Source of the DNA: a virus
Reading direction: 5' to 3' (one strand)
Length of the DNA: 64,000 nt
Virus record (IMG/VR): IMGVR_UViG_3300049595_004693
Coordinates: 1-64,000 of that record
Positions 49,175 to 59,604 of this stretch are shown here, piece by piece (the first letter of the stretch is position 1; every line of letters starts with the position of its first letter). The translations under genes and the position numbers were made by a program. Under the pieces are notes generated by a model. The model had not been told where the DNA came from, did not search any database, and saw only the letters and a program-made list of their open reading frames with translations.

Positions 49175-50157
49175 TTAATTAAGCTCCTAAAGATTTCTTC
49201 TCGTTGTTTATTAACGATAGTTAAATTAAGATTTGTCTTAATATATTCTAAGCTCTCATTTCTAAGTTTTAGTAGTTGCTTAGGAGAAGTGAGCAACATA
49301 TCAAGCTTTTCTTGAAAGTCGTCCACATCTTTATATCTAGTAGCGCCAGGTACGCTCCACGCTTCCCAGTCAGGGACTAGCGCCGCCGCTCCTGCCATAG
49401 TCCCTTCTAACCAGGCAATGTTTGATTTAGATTTATTAAATTTATTATCCTTGAGCGGTACAAAAATTAGATCTGGTCGAAGCAGTCCCAAGTTTTTATG
49501 ATAGCTGTACCAAGAACGACCTCCGTGAAATGTGGCCGCGGGGAGAGCTTCTTGTAAGAACCACGGTCTATCACCATAAATATGCCAACGCCAATCATCA
49601 TGCTGTGCGGCATTTTCTTTAATAGGGGCCAAATGGCTCATCAAATCAGCTACGTGGCTGGTAGATCCGCGCCACAGCACGTTCTTGTATATTTTATTTT
49701 TTTCGTAAATAGGGATAAATCTCTCGTCCCATGCGTTAGGAACAACCGAAATGTTTTTTGAAAATGGCCGGAGCTGCTCCGCAAGATGGTTGGTGGTCAC
49801 CATCGTGTGATCGGCGAGTTGCAGGCATTTACGATATGATTCTTGAATAGCTGGTTGATTATATGTGCCAGCTACGGGGTTGTCTGGCGTAACGCAGGAA
49901 AGATCGTCATCTAGATCTAACACGATGGGCTTATTCATCTCCTTTACCAAAATCATCGTCTCTAGGTGCTTTGGTGTAAACGGTCGATGCATAAAAATAA
50001 GATCGTGTAAAGAAATATCTACCCAATTGGGTGTAACGCCCTCCGGAATATAGACAATCTCAAATTTATCCTTAAGCGCCGTCAGCGGTCCCAATGCTCG
50101 CCAAGAAGAAACTGGGTCGTGAGGAATAGGTGATATTACTAAAATTTTGGCCAGCAT
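49171..50157 (-). CDS. GT-B glycosyltransferase
   Basis: DLDDD, VVPN, WRGS..H..D, PL.DN.FNKSKSNI..LE. Confidence 0.8.
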   Translation of the reverse strand: MLAKILVISPIPHDPVSSWRALGPLTALKDKFEIVYIPEGVTPNWVDISLHDLIFMHRPFTPKHLETMILVKEMNKPIVLDLDDDLSCVTPDNPVAGTYNQPAIQESYRKCLQLADHTMVTTNHLAEQLRPFSKNISVVPNAWDERFIPIYEKNKIYKNVLWRGSTSHVADLMSHLAPIKENAAQHDDWRWHIYGDRPWFLQEALPAATFHGGRSWYSYHKNLGLLRPDLIFVPLKDNKFNKSKSNIAWLEGTMAGAAALVPDWEAWSVPGATRYKDVDDFQEKLDMLLTSPKQLLKLRNESLEYIKTNLNLTIVNKQREEIFRSLIK

Positions 50158-50163
50158 ATTAAT

Positions 50164-50192
50164 AGGTTATCATAAAATACAACAACAGTCAA
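50164..50192 (-). promoter_or_regulatory. Sigma70-type promoter, leaderless
   Basis: TTGACT-17-TAACCT with TG extension, then 6 nt, then ATG; back-to-back with the late motif. Confidence 0.6.
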
Positions 50193-50204
50193 TATTTAAT
50201 TAGC

Positions 50205-50214
50205 TAACAAGTTA
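50205..50214 (+). promoter_or_regulatory. TAACAAGTTA putative late promoter element
   Basis: Start of the packaging operon. Confidence 0.7.
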
Positions 50215-50315
50215 GAATAGGAGAGTTTAGGCAATACGAACTCCGGCTAGTGCTGGTCAGCTCATAGAGCAATTAATGTCGTTTACGCCAAAGATTCTTT
50301 TACCAAGGAGCGGTT

Positions 50316-50570
50316 ATGAAGATTAATTTAATTAGTATTGCTTTTATAGCGTTTGGCGTAAAACTGATGTTTTCGCCCGGAACTAGTGAAAGCGTGGCTT
50401 TTGTGTCCGTAGCCGCTCTGCTGGGACTGCAAGAGCTTTACATTCAGCGTCTATTTTCTAAAAAACAAACTCAACAGCTTGAAGAAATGCAGAAGTCGGT
50501 GGATCAGCTAAAAACCGAAATGTCCGCTATTAAAATTAGCCAAAGCTGGAAAAATTTAAAGAATGGATGA
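50316..50570 (+). CDS. Small membrane protein
   Basis: Two hydrophobic segments plus coiled coil; AAGGAG SD. Confidence 0.6.
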   Translation: MKINLISIAFIAFGVKLMFSPGTSESVAFVSVAALLGLQELYIQRLFSKKQTQQLEEMQKSVDQLKTEMSAIKISQSWKNLKNG

Positions 50571-50925
50571 CGTAAAGTCCATATCAAAAAAATTTAATAA
50601 GTCTATGGAGATTGTGGAGCTTCGCGCTCAGTTAGCGGAAGCGCACGCCATTATTACCGAATTGCGCAACAAGCTTGCGCTACGACCCGCCGTAGAGGAA
50701 TCTCTAAAGACTCCCGAAGAAGTTCTATGTCAGGTAGAGATTGAAAAGCTCAGGCAGTTAGCTGAGCATCGCCCTCTCTCTCCTCCAGAAACTAAGCAAC
50801 TTGAAGTGTACATCAAGATGCTTTATTTAATCCGCTCTAGCGCTCCTAAAACATTTGACGGCTCTGTAAAAGATCTAGCTTCCATAGAAGAGGCTGAGCT
50901 GCTTAACTTGGCCAAGTTGGACTAG
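50563..50925 (+). CDS. Possible terminase small subunit
   Basis: Helical 120-aa ORF directly upstream of TerL. Confidence 0.4.
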   Translation: MDDVKSISKKFNKSMEIVELRAQLAEAHAIITELRNKLALRPAVEESLKTPEEVLCQVEIEKLRQLAEHRPLSPPETKQLEVYIKMLYLIRSSAPKTFDGSVKDLASIEEAELLNLAKLD

Positions 50926-52367
50926 TGGAACACCCTACGCAAGGACCTAAAGTTTCTCAAAAAGTGGCTAGAGACATTCTCTGGTCTAAGGGAAACATCG
51001 CGTGGAAGCTCGACCCTCTTCAACAAGAAATCCGCCAAGCGTATTATAAATCCTCTAATAAAATTAACGTATGGTTGATGTCGCGCCGCCTAGGGAAATC
51101 ACACCTACTCTGCGCGCTGGCCATTGAGCAATGCATAAAGAAGCCTGGCAGCATTGTAAAGTATCTTGCTCCCGAAGGTAAGCAAGTTAAGACTATTATT
51201 AAGCCCATTATCAGCGACCTGACCTCGGACTGCCCTAACGATATTAGACCTCAATTTAAAACTCAGGAAATGCTCTATCGCTTTCCTAATGGAAGCGAAA
51301 TTCACTTAGCAGGATCCGATGGGGGAGGAGCCGAGAAGCTTCGAGGTACTAAATCAGATCTATGCATTGTTGACGAAGCCGGTTTCTGTAATGAGCTTAA
51401 GTATGCCGTAAGAACCATTTTACTCCCGACCATGCTCACTACTGGAGGGAAGATGATTCTGTCTTCAACTCCCCCTTCCGAGCCTGCTCACGAATTCTTG
51501 GACTTCATTGAAGAGGCTGATGCTAAAGGTACCTTAATTAAAAAAACAGTGGATGAGTGCCCAAGATACACACGGAATTTTATTGAGGCGGAAATCGTGT
51601 CTCAGTATCCTTCTGGTAGACAGGACCCTGAGTTTCGACGAGAATACTTAGTTGAAATTTTAAAGGACGAAAATCTTTCAGTTATCCCAGAATTCACAGA
51701 AGAATTAGAAAAAAAGATCGTTATTGACGCACCGCTACCACCTTATTATGACGCCTATGTGGCAGCTGACTGGGGAGTATCCGATCTTACAGTGGTATTA
51801 TTCGCCTATTTTGACTTTAGAAATTCTAGGGTAGTGATTTTAGATGAACTAATTATGAATGGCGCTAAAATGAACACCTCGGTGTTGGCGGCAGGCATCA
51901 AGGCAAAGGAGGCGGCTCTTTGGCATGATCAATACACCAAAGAACCGAAACCTATATATATGCGCGTTGCAGATAATAATATGCTGCTTATTCAGGATAT
52001 GCAAGCTCTACACAATCTAAATTTTCTAGCTACTGAAAAGACGGATAAGCATGGCGCCCTTAATAATTTAAGAATTTTGCTACAGGGAGAGAGAGTCCAC
52101 ATTCACCCTCGCTGCACCACTCTAAGAACACACCTTAAGTACGCCACTTGGGATAAGAATCGACGCACTTACAAACGTAGTGGACAACACGGTCACTACG
52201 ACGCTATTGACGCACTAAGCTATCTTATTAGAAACATCGTCTGGTCGCATAACCCCTATCCTAAAGAAAGCTTTGGGGAGAACGTCTTTATAAATGAGTC
52301 GAAAAAACCAGAGGTTACGGCTGCAGTGACTCAGATTAAGAACATATTCCGCGTGCGCAGAGGTTAA
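50925..52367 (+). CDS. terL: Terminase large subunit
   Basis: SRRLGKS, LRG, IVDEAG, SSTP, FRREY; nuclease DWG and H.DAIDA..Y. Confidence 0.93.
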   Translation: MEHPTQGPKVSQKVARDILWSKGNIAWKLDPLQQEIRQAYYKSSNKINVWLMSRRLGKSHLLCALAIEQCIKKPGSIVKYLAPEGKQVKTIIKPIISDLTSDCPNDIRPQFKTQEMLYRFPNGSEIHLAGSDGGGAEKLRGTKSDLCIVDEAGFCNELKYAVRTILLPTMLTTGGKMILSSTPPSEPAHEFLDFIEEADAKGTLIKKTVDECPRYTRNFIEAEIVSQYPSGRQDPEFRREYLVEILKDENLSVIPEFTEELEKKIVIDAPLPPYYDAYVAADWGVSDLTVVLFAYFDFRNSRVVILDELIMNGAKMNTSVLAAGIKAKEAALWHDQYTKEPKPIYMRVADNNMLLIQDMQALHNLNFLATEKTDKHGALNNLRILLQGERVHIHPRCTTLRTHLKYATWDKNRRTYKRSGQHGHYDAIDALSYLIRNIVWSHNPYPKESFGENVFINESKKPEVTAAVTQIKNIFRVRRG

Positions 52368-52374
52368 CAAGTTA
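52365..52374 (+). promoter_or_regulatory. TAACAAGTTA putative late promoter element
   Basis: Upstream of the portal gene. Confidence 0.7.
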
Positions 52375-52389
52375 ACTTAGGAGATTGTA

Positions 52390-54399
52390 ATGGCCAAAGA
52401 CCAATATTTTGCAGCCAAGCCTGCTAAAGAGTGCGTTGCTGTTCTTGAAAGCAAAGCTTCTACCCATTACACTATTGTAAACACCTCAAACTATCTTAAC
52501 AAAGTTCGACGTAGTTGGCGATATTATCACGGTGCTTTTAATAGCGACGTAGGTGAGGGGCATCAGATCTCCTTTTCTGGAGAACAAGGCGAAATTGCTC
52601 AACTTTCCATCAATCACTACCGCAATATTGCACAACACATTCTTCAGATGATTACGGCCTCGCGTCCCTCATTAGAGGCGCGCGCAGTCAATACAGACTA
52701 CAAGTCCCTCGTTCAAGCTACTCTTGCAAACGGACTTCTTGATTACTACATGCGAGAAAAAAAGCTAGAGATGTATCTTAAGAGCGCCGTCGAGTACGCG
52801 GTGGTTCTAGGCGCAGGGTACATCAAGATGGAGTGGAACGCTACGGGCGGAGAGGCATTTGAATTCAACGAAGAAACCAATACTCCTATTTACGAAGGGG
52901 ACGTTGAGTTTTCTAATTTAAGTCCCTTTGACGTTTACTACGACGTTAATAAAAATAACGCCAATTTTGATTGGATTATTGTACGCTCGTTTAAGAACAA
53001 GTACGACCTAATGGCTAAGTACCCCGAAATGGCTGACGACATTTCAGCCGTAGGGTCAAATCAAGAATTCTTTAAGTTTAATATTCTTCCTGGTTATGAC
53101 GACACTGACGACGTGCCAGTATATGAGTTTTTCCACAAGCGTACTGAGGCCATGCCGGAAGGTCGTTATGTGTTGTATCTCAGCTCAAACGTGATCCTGG
53201 CTGACGCCCCGATGCCTTATCGAAGACTGCCGGTGTTTATGATCGCTCCCAGCACTATTCTGGGCACCCCGCTCGGCTACACCCCAATGTTTGACCTTCT
53301 CCCTATTCAGGAATCGGTCAATTCGCTATACACCACCATCTTGACTAACCAAAATGCGTTTGGTGTGCAAAACGTGCTCCTTCCTCGTGGATCCGACATC
53401 GTAGTGCAAAATCTTCAAGGTGGCCTAAACGTCATTGAGTATAACTCGCAAGCAGGTCGCCCAGAGCCGCTTAACCTCACAAATACTCCGCAAGAGGTGT
53501 TTGCTTTCTTAGCCACCCTGGAAAAGCAAATGGAAACCGTATCGGGGGTGTCTTCTGTTACTCGCGGAAACCCAGAGTCCTCTTTGAAGTCAGGTAACGC
53601 TCTAGCGCTCGTTCAAAGCATGAGCTTGCAGTTTATGTCCGGACTTCAGCAATCATACGTAATGATGATTGAGAGTGTGGGTACAGCGTTGATTGAGATG
53701 CTTAAGGACTTTGCTGCGGCTCCTCGTGTGGCGGCTATTGTAGGTAAGTCCAATCGTACCGAGCTTCGTCAATTTAAAGGTGACGATCTTTCTCAGATTT
53801 CTCGCGTTGTCGTAGATTTAGGCAATCCTCTGGCTCGCACGACAGCCGGTCGGGTAGAAATGGCGCAACAGCTTCTTCAAATGCAAGCCGTAACTACCCC
53901 TCAACAATATCTCCAAATCCTAAACACAGGCAAGCTAGAAGTTATGACCGAAGACACTACTTCTCAGCTTATGAACATGCGTTCAGAGAATGAGCGGCTT
54001 ACTGAGGGGCTTACTGTTGCGGCCATTGTTACAGACAATCATTCGCTGCACGTAAAAGAGCATTCCGTAATTTTGAATGATCCTATTCTTAGAGAAGACC
54101 CCGAGCTTGTTGCCCGCGTATTAGGACACATTCAAGAACACATTGATCTGCTTAAAAATGCAGATCCTGACGTACTTACTATGACTGGTCAACAACCTCT
54201 TGCTCCACCTTCTGCACCACCAGCACCCAACGCACAGCCTGGTCCTGGCCCCGGAGGTCCGATTGATACGCCTACGGAAATTTTAAACAATCCAGATCTT
54301 GCGGCACCAGAAATGGCGCAGGATGTGCAAGTGCCGGCTCCAGCAACTCCTCCTGGAGAATTTGAAAACCTGCCCACTAACCCAGCAGAGATGATCTAA
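52390..54399 (+). CDS. Portal protein
   Basis: 669 aa after TerL; SGVS.VTRG...SG.A motif; Pro-rich tail. Confidence 0.85.
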   Translation: MAKDQYFAAKPAKECVAVLESKASTHYTIVNTSNYLNKVRRSWRYYHGAFNSDVGEGHQISFSGEQGEIAQLSINHYRNIAQHILQMITASRPSLEARAVNTDYKSLVQATLANGLLDYYMREKKLEMYLKSAVEYAVVLGAGYIKMEWNATGGEAFEFNEETNTPIYEGDVEFSNLSPFDVYYDVNKNNANFDWIIVRSFKNKYDLMAKYPEMADDISAVGSNQEFFKFNILPGYDDTDDVPVYEFFHKRTEAMPEGRYVLYLSSNVILADAPMPYRRLPVFMIAPSTILGTPLGYTPMFDLLPIQESVNSLYTTILTNQNAFGVQNVLLPRGSDIVVQNLQGGLNVIEYNSQAGRPEPLNLTNTPQEVFAFLATLEKQMETVSGVSSVTRGNPESSLKSGNALALVQSMSLQFMSGLQQSYVMMIESVGTALIEMLKDFAAAPRVAAIVGKSNRTELRQFKGDDLSQISRVVVDLGNPLARTTAGRVEMAQQLLQMQAVTTPQQYLQILNTGKLEVMTEDTTSQLMNMRSENERLTEGLTVAAIVTDNHSLHVKEHSVILNDPILREDPELVARVLGHIQEHIDLLKNADPDVLTMTGQQPLAPPSAPPAPNAQPGPGPGGPIDTPTEILNNPDLAAPEMAQDVQVPAPATPPGEFENLPTNPAEMI

Positions 54400-54656
54400 T
54401 GGCTTATGATAAGTTAAAGAAAAAGTTTAACTTAAAGGCCGAGCATAAAAGTGATGCGGGCGGCCTCACCGAAAAAGGACGTAAGGCTTATAATCGAGCC
54501 ACTGGATCTAACTTAAAAGCTCCTCAACCTGAGGGCGGCGCCAGAAGAAACTCTTTTTGTGCTAGAATGGGCGGAGCTAAAAAAGATCACGAGATCGACT
54601 GCAGGAAAGATCCTGAAAAGCGTATATGTAAGGCGCTAAGGCGTTGGAACTGCTAA
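54399..54656 (+). CDS. Small basic virion-module protein (DUF6321-like)
   Basis: GGLT.KGR..YNR.TGSNLK.P...RR.SFCARM...ALRRW.C. Confidence 0.6.
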   Translation: MAYDKLKKKFNLKAEHKSDAGGLTEKGRKAYNRATGSNLKAPQPEGGARRNSFCARMGGAKKDHEIDCRKDPEKRICKALRRWNC

Positions 54657-54657
54657 T

Positions 54658-54667
54658 TAACAAGTTA
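54658..54667 (+). promoter_or_regulatory. TAACAAGTTA putative late promoter element
   Basis: Exact copy. Confidence 0.7.
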
Positions 54668-54680
54668 AACTAGAGGTTAA

Positions 54681-55448
54681 ATGCCGGGCCCTAATGCACC
54701 ATATACAGAATTGGATTCTAATCAAGTCATAAAACAAGTTTATGACGAGGCTGGCGACCGTTTACGAGTTGATGCAGTTGTTTCAGCCACCATTGGCGAC
54801 GTGATCATTGACGCCGAAGAGTCCGATATTGCTATTAAAGATAGAGTTACAGATAACCTTCTTAAGATTAACAATGATGGTTCTATTGATGCCAATGTAG
54901 TTGTTTCTGCTTCTGGAGGCGATAATATCGCTATCTCGGATGGCACGGACACCCTTGAAATTAATTCTGATGGCTCAATAAACGTAAAAATTAGTGATGT
55001 ATTAGCTGTATCTGGCAACGTGTCAGCGGATATTGAAGTATCGGCTTCTGATGGAGATAATATTGCTATCTCCGATGGAATTAATACTCTTCAAATTAAT
55101 TCAGACGGTTCTATTAATGTTCAAATTCCAAATACTGTAGCAGTTTCTGGTAATTTATCTGTAAGTGCTGTATTATCAAATGAACCTATTAAAGCTAGTG
55201 GAACAATTGATGGATCAGTTACGGGGCAGGAATTTGGTTTAGTATATAACTTAAGACAACAAGTACTTGCCTCACATGATAGAATTGATACATACACATA
55301 CGCTGACTTTGGCACCAAAAATCAAAGAATTACAAGAGTTGACTACACTAGTGCTACTTTTTCGAGCATTACTGTAAGAAGAGAGTTTAATTACGTTTTA
55401 GACGGTAATAGATATAGGAGAACAACCAGTCCTTGGACTGTTGTGTAA
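54681..55448 (+). CDS. Structural protein with internal tandem repeats
   Basis: About three copies of D.IAI.D..(.)L.IN.DGSI. Confidence 0.6.
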   Translation: MPGPNAPYTELDSNQVIKQVYDEAGDRLRVDAVVSATIGDVIIDAEESDIAIKDRVTDNLLKINNDGSIDANVVVSASGGDNIAISDGTDTLEINSDGSINVKISDVLAVSGNVSADIEVSASDGDNIAISDGINTLQINSDGSINVQIPNTVAVSGNLSVSAVLSNEPIKASGTIDGSVTGQEFGLVYNLRQQVLASHDRIDTYTYADFGTKNQRITRVDYTSATFSSITVRREFNYVLDGNRYRRTTSPWTVV

Positions 55449-55458
55449 GGAGTAGAAA

Positions 55459-57801
55459 ATGAAACTTTTAGATGCACAGTTATTAGCAAACACAGGAACA
55501 TCCTACGACCAAACTCGCACGACTCTTGCGGGCCGCGTAACTCAGCGCACAATTGATTCAAAGCCTGTTCTTGGGCCAAGTCCCACGCGCTTCCTTGACG
55601 TGTTCTCGGATACTGCGGGCGCTTTCACTCCGATCACGACGATGTTCGCAACCGATAACGGACGACTGTTTATGATCGGTGCGATTGCGGGTGGTGCGCT
55701 TCCTGTCGTGCTTTATGAAATCAATCAATCGACTGGTGTTCACACTTACGTTGGCCGTATCAATATTTCGATTCCATCCTCTCCGGCAATCGTACACACG
55801 ATCCGCTCGATCAAGGCGATTGATACTGGAACAACCGGGTGGAAAATTTATGTAATTGCGACTGGTACCGTTCTATTTGGTGGATCTGGCGTGTTGCTTG
55901 CGAATAACATTGCAAAGGCTGACTTCTCGCAAGTTTCTCCACCATTAATTCCTTTCGCTACAGGAAACAACCAGAAAGCAGTGTACCAATTGGGGCGACT
56001 TGCCTCACTCACTTCTCGTTCGTTTACGATCACGCTCGGAACTCCTGTAAAGTTCAATTTCACCTCTCATGGTTTTAGCAACAACGACCAGGTTTATTTC
56101 ACTTCTCAAGTAGGCTCGGCGTGGACTGCCTCGACATTTGCCGTCAACACGAAATACTTCGTGCGTAACGCATCGGCGAACGATTTTGAATTGTCGGCAA
56201 CTTATAACGGCGCATCGATTGGTGCTGCCGCTGGACCGACTTCTGTGGTGCTTCAGCCACTCAATCAAGAAATCGACGCATTCGGCGCAATTATCGACAC
56301 GGCGGCGAACAGACTATATACGCATGTCGGTACTGCTGCGAACCCACAATACTTTGTCCGTGATACAAGCGTAAGCCCAACTTACTCGACGTTAACGGTC
56401 GATGTAACCTCAGGAACTCCCGCAAAGATTGGCTTGGTTGGTCATGGACTGACTGAAAACGAGCCTGTTCAATTCTTGGCTGGATCTCTCCCCGCCGCGT
56501 TTGCGCTCAACACAACGTATTTCGTTCGTAACCCTTCCGCAAACGACTTTGAACTATCGGCAACCGCTGGCGGTGCTTCGATTAACGCAGTTACGACTTC
56601 TCTCGCTGTAACGCTTGGAAAAGCATTCGGATACACAAATAGTCAATGGCTACATAAGACGCAAATCCTTCCAGCTATTGCTGGTACTTTGCTTTCATCA
56701 ACGGACGTAGATGCAATTGCTACACCGACGAATGCGCCACTAAACGGCGGAGTGCTTAACGGACAGAAGTGCGCTTTCTTTGCGACCTCTACCAACCTTT
56801 ACTTGGGCCGATTAGATGAACTGACCTCTGAAACCACAACCTGGCCAAGCCTTACGACCTCAAATATGTTAGGGCTTCCCTCGCAAATTGTTGCGCCAGT
56901 TGTAGTCACCGCATCTTGGTCTGACGCTCTTGATTCTGCAATCGTTCTTATTGGTTCTGCATCAACAAACGCTTTCAGGTTCATGCTTAAGAAAGTTGAA
57001 AATAACAAATTGACCGCGTTGTTCGGTGATTATTGCATGGAGTTTTACGAGACAACCACAAGAGAAGCGTATGAGTTGCGGCCATCAGCGCCTTACCTTA
57101 ACTTCACCAACAATTCTGGTTGGATTTTTGCTCTAGGTTCGGCAATCGGGCAGAGAGGCGTTTTTGCAACTGACGTAAGATCAGATTCTTTATTTGATCA
57201 TAGCTACGTTATTTCCAAAGTTTTAACGCTGCCACAAAATTCTGTCATCAAGTCAGTTCACATTGAAAAGGAACTTGTTAGAACGGGTGGAGAGATCAAA
57301 GTGGAGTATCGGTTGAGCGGATTTGGCTCCATCTCTGGCGGATGGATTGAACTTGATGCAGACCAAGAGCTTACCATCGTAGCTGGAACGCAGGTGCAAT
57401 TTAAACTAAGTTTTAAAACGCACACGTTCGACAGAACGAGTCACGCTCAAGTGGCAGATGTCCTAATAGGATATGAAGCTGGCGAAGAGTTGTCTGACAA
57501 TTGGGAATACAGCTACGATGATTCGTCTAGCGGTTCTCCTACTCGCTCCGCTTTCCGCTTGAAGCAGGCTTATGCGACTAGCGTGCCATTGACCCTAGCA
57601 TTCCGCGCATACGACTTGAGCGGTGTGCTTCTCGTGGATCACGACATTACGAATGAAGCCGCAAACTTCCAGTATTCGACCGATGGCGGAACAACCTGGC
57701 TCGCGCTCGGTACGATTCCAAATACGGTAGGAACTTTGATTCGATACACGTTCCTAAGCCCTCCTGGAGTGGATATCCGCCCAAGCCTAAAGGATAGCTA
57801 A
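55459..57801 (+). CDS. Large beta-rich fibre/decoration-like protein
   Basis: Two HG..N.V.F...FA.NT.YFVRN.SANDFELSAT..GASI repeats; YSTDGGTTW Asp-box. Confidence 0.6.
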   Translation: MKLLDAQLLANTGTSYDQTRTTLAGRVTQRTIDSKPVLGPSPTRFLDVFSDTAGAFTPITTMFATDNGRLFMIGAIAGGALPVVLYEINQSTGVHTYVGRINISIPSSPAIVHTIRSIKAIDTGTTGWKIYVIATGTVLFGGSGVLLANNIAKADFSQVSPPLIPFATGNNQKAVYQLGRLASLTSRSFTITLGTPVKFNFTSHGFSNNDQVYFTSQVGSAWTASTFAVNTKYFVRNASANDFELSATYNGASIGAAAGPTSVVLQPLNQEIDAFGAIIDTAANRLYTHVGTAANPQYFVRDTSVSPTYSTLTVDVTSGTPAKIGLVGHGLTENEPVQFLAGSLPAAFALNTTYFVRNPSANDFELSATAGGASINAVTTSLAVTLGKAFGYTNSQWLHKTQILPAIAGTLLSSTDVDAIATPTNAPLNGGVLNGQKCAFFATSTNLYLGRLDELTSETTTWPSLTTSNMLGLPSQIVAPVVVTASWSDALDSAIVLIGSASTNAFRFMLKKVENNKLTALFGDYCMEFYETTTREAYELRPSAPYLNFTNNSGWIFALGSAIGQRGVFATDVRSDSLFDHSYVISKVLTLPQNSVIKSVHIEKELVRTGGEIKVEYRLSGFGSISGGWIELDADQELTIVAGTQVQFKLSFKTHTFDRTSHAQVADVLIGYEAGEELSDNWEYSYDDSSSGSPTRSAFRLKQAYATSVPLTLAFRAYDLSGVLLVDHDITNEAANFQYSTDGGTTWLALGTIPNTVGTLIRYTFLSPPGVDIRPSLKDS

Positions 57802-58886
57802 TGAGCAATCAACTAACGATTGGTCCTATAATTCAAGGAACCAGCCTGTATGGACCAATCCTCAATCAGCTTGTGACAGGAGGTAGCTTTCAATCAAGCT
57901 CGCAAGCATGTATTGTTGATCTTATACCGCCTACATTTGCTGGAATTAATTTTATTGGTAGAGGAGCGTTGGGACAATTACGAGCATCTTGGTTAGCGGC
58001 TACAGATACAACCGCTCCAATATCTTATGAAGTATATGTAGAAGCTGAGCCAGCAGCTAGTCTGTTTAATACAGCAAATATAGCCTTGGTTACAAAAAGT
58101 TTACAAACAGATATTTTTGTTCTATCTAATGGAACTTTGCTACAATCTGGAGTTAAATACTATGTTGGCGTTAGGGCAGTGGACGGTGTAGGTAATCGAG
58201 ATAGTAATACTATTTCTCAGTTTCAAACTAGCCCTGGAATTACTGGCGCAACAAATGCAAGAATTGATGGCGTTTTTGCGGTAAACACAAACAATCAACT
58301 TATCGCTAGTTTTTGGGTTAATGATAATGATGGCACTATTAGTAATCCCTCTCGTCTTGGTTTAGCTAGCTATGTAATTTATGATCAAAACGGAAATCTT
58401 ATACCAAGCATGAGCGAAAATAATATCGCGTCTGATAGCGAAGGATTTTTTGAAATTACTCCTGTAAATTCAGTGCTTGATTTAGATAATACATATTATA
58501 CTGTTAAGGTTACAATTCTTGTTGATTCTATACCTATAGTATATAATTTACCAATTACGTATCCAGAGTCAGGTCCTCACTATGAACCACGAGCTATTTT
58601 TTCTATTAATGCGGCAAACCAGCTTCAAGCTACTATTTGGTGTGTAAAAGATGGAGAATTAATTACTAATTCTTTAGGCACAGCTAGTTTTACAATCTAT
58701 GATAAAGAAGGAAATAGTATAGGAATTGCTCAATCGGGTCTTACTCCAGATTTAAATGGATATTATGAAATTTCTCCGGTTAGTGCAGTGCCTATTACCG
58801 ATTTAACCCATTATATTGTTAAGATCACGATAAACGCTTCTGGACAAAATAGAGTTGGAACGGTTGGCATCACTTTAGGTGAATAA
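57801..58886 (+). CDS. FN3/Ig-like structural protein
   Basis: D.IPPTF, W.AATD, Y.VY, YYVGVRAVD.VGN; two C-terminal repeats. Confidence 0.65.
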   Translation: MSNQLTIGPIIQGTSLYGPILNQLVTGGSFQSSSQACIVDLIPPTFAGINFIGRGALGQLRASWLAATDTTAPISYEVYVEAEPAASLFNTANIALVTKSLQTDIFVLSNGTLLQSGVKYYVGVRAVDGVGNRDSNTISQFQTSPGITGATNARIDGVFAVNTNNQLIASFWVNDNDGTISNPSRLGLASYVIYDQNGNLIPSMSENNIASDSEGFFEITPVNSVLDLDNTYYTVKVTILVDSIPIVYNLPITYPESGPHYEPRAIFSINAANQLQATIWCVKDGELITNSLGTASFTIYDKEGNSIGIAQSGLTPDLNGYYEISPVSAVPITDLTHYIVKITINASGQNRVGTVGITLGE

Positions 58887-59434
58887 TGGCAACAAGACGG
58901 ACTCGCCTTACAATAAATAATGAGTACGTGCAACCGCTTAAGCTGGGAATGGGAAGAAAGCTTGTTTTAACTCCTTCCGCAAGTTATAACTCAATTCTTT
59001 TTACACAAGAACATAGAGGACATAGTCCTACTTTAAATAATATTAAAGTTTGGGCAAAATTTAATACAAGCACATTTGATGGAATTCAAATGATCGCTTG
59101 GCTAGAAGATAAAGATAAAGAGATAATCACGACAGCTTCTTGTGAATTTAAAGTATATTATATAGATACTACGAATAATTGGGACGAAACTCTTATTTTT
59201 ATAGGATCAGGAACAGCTTCAGGATTACGTTGGATTTCTTCTCCTAGTCAATCTGATCTAGGTTCGAGCAACGAGTTAGATGGAGAACGCACTATTATGA
59301 TACAGGCCACCATGTTAAGGTGGGGACGTACATATAAAAATAAAATTTATATTAACCATCTGGGTGTGTACGACAGTATTGTTCGGCTTAAAAATGATAT
59401 AGAGTTTTTAGACATAAGCAAACAAGATATTTAA
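58886..59434 (+). CDS. Hypothetical structural protein
   Basis: TAATG coupling. Confidence 0.55.
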   Translation: MATRRTRLTINNEYVQPLKLGMGRKLVLTPSASYNSILFTQEHRGHSPTLNNIKVWAKFNTSTFDGIQMIAWLEDKDKEIITTASCEFKVYYIDTTNNWDETLIFIGSGTASGLRWISSPSQSDLGSSNELDGERTIMIQATMLRWGRTYKNKIYINHLGVYDSIVRLKNDIEFLDISKQDI

Positions 59435-59463
59435 ATTATATTTTTTTAAAAAAGGAAATGCTA

Positions 59464-59592
59464 GTGGCTAAACACGAGGGACATAGTAGATTAATATCTA
59501 AGCCTAGACTAACCAAAGATAATAAACTTGGTATTATTTCCGTATTTTTGCACATTGTCACTATAGGTTTACTAATATATAACTTATTGTAG
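59464..59592 (+). CDS. 42-aa C-terminal TM peptide
   Basis: AAGGA SD and GTG start; ends LGIISVFLHIVTIGLLIYNLL. Confidence 0.4.
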   Translation: MAKHEGHSRLISKPRLTKDNKLGIISVFLHIVTIGLLIYNLL

Positions 59593-59604
59593 TTTTTGAA
59601 CAAT

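Noticed and set aside
54681-57801. Diversity-generating retroelement repeats
   Set aside because: Repeats are in-frame protein domain duplications; no reverse transcriptase, and no adenine-specific mismatch pattern noticed
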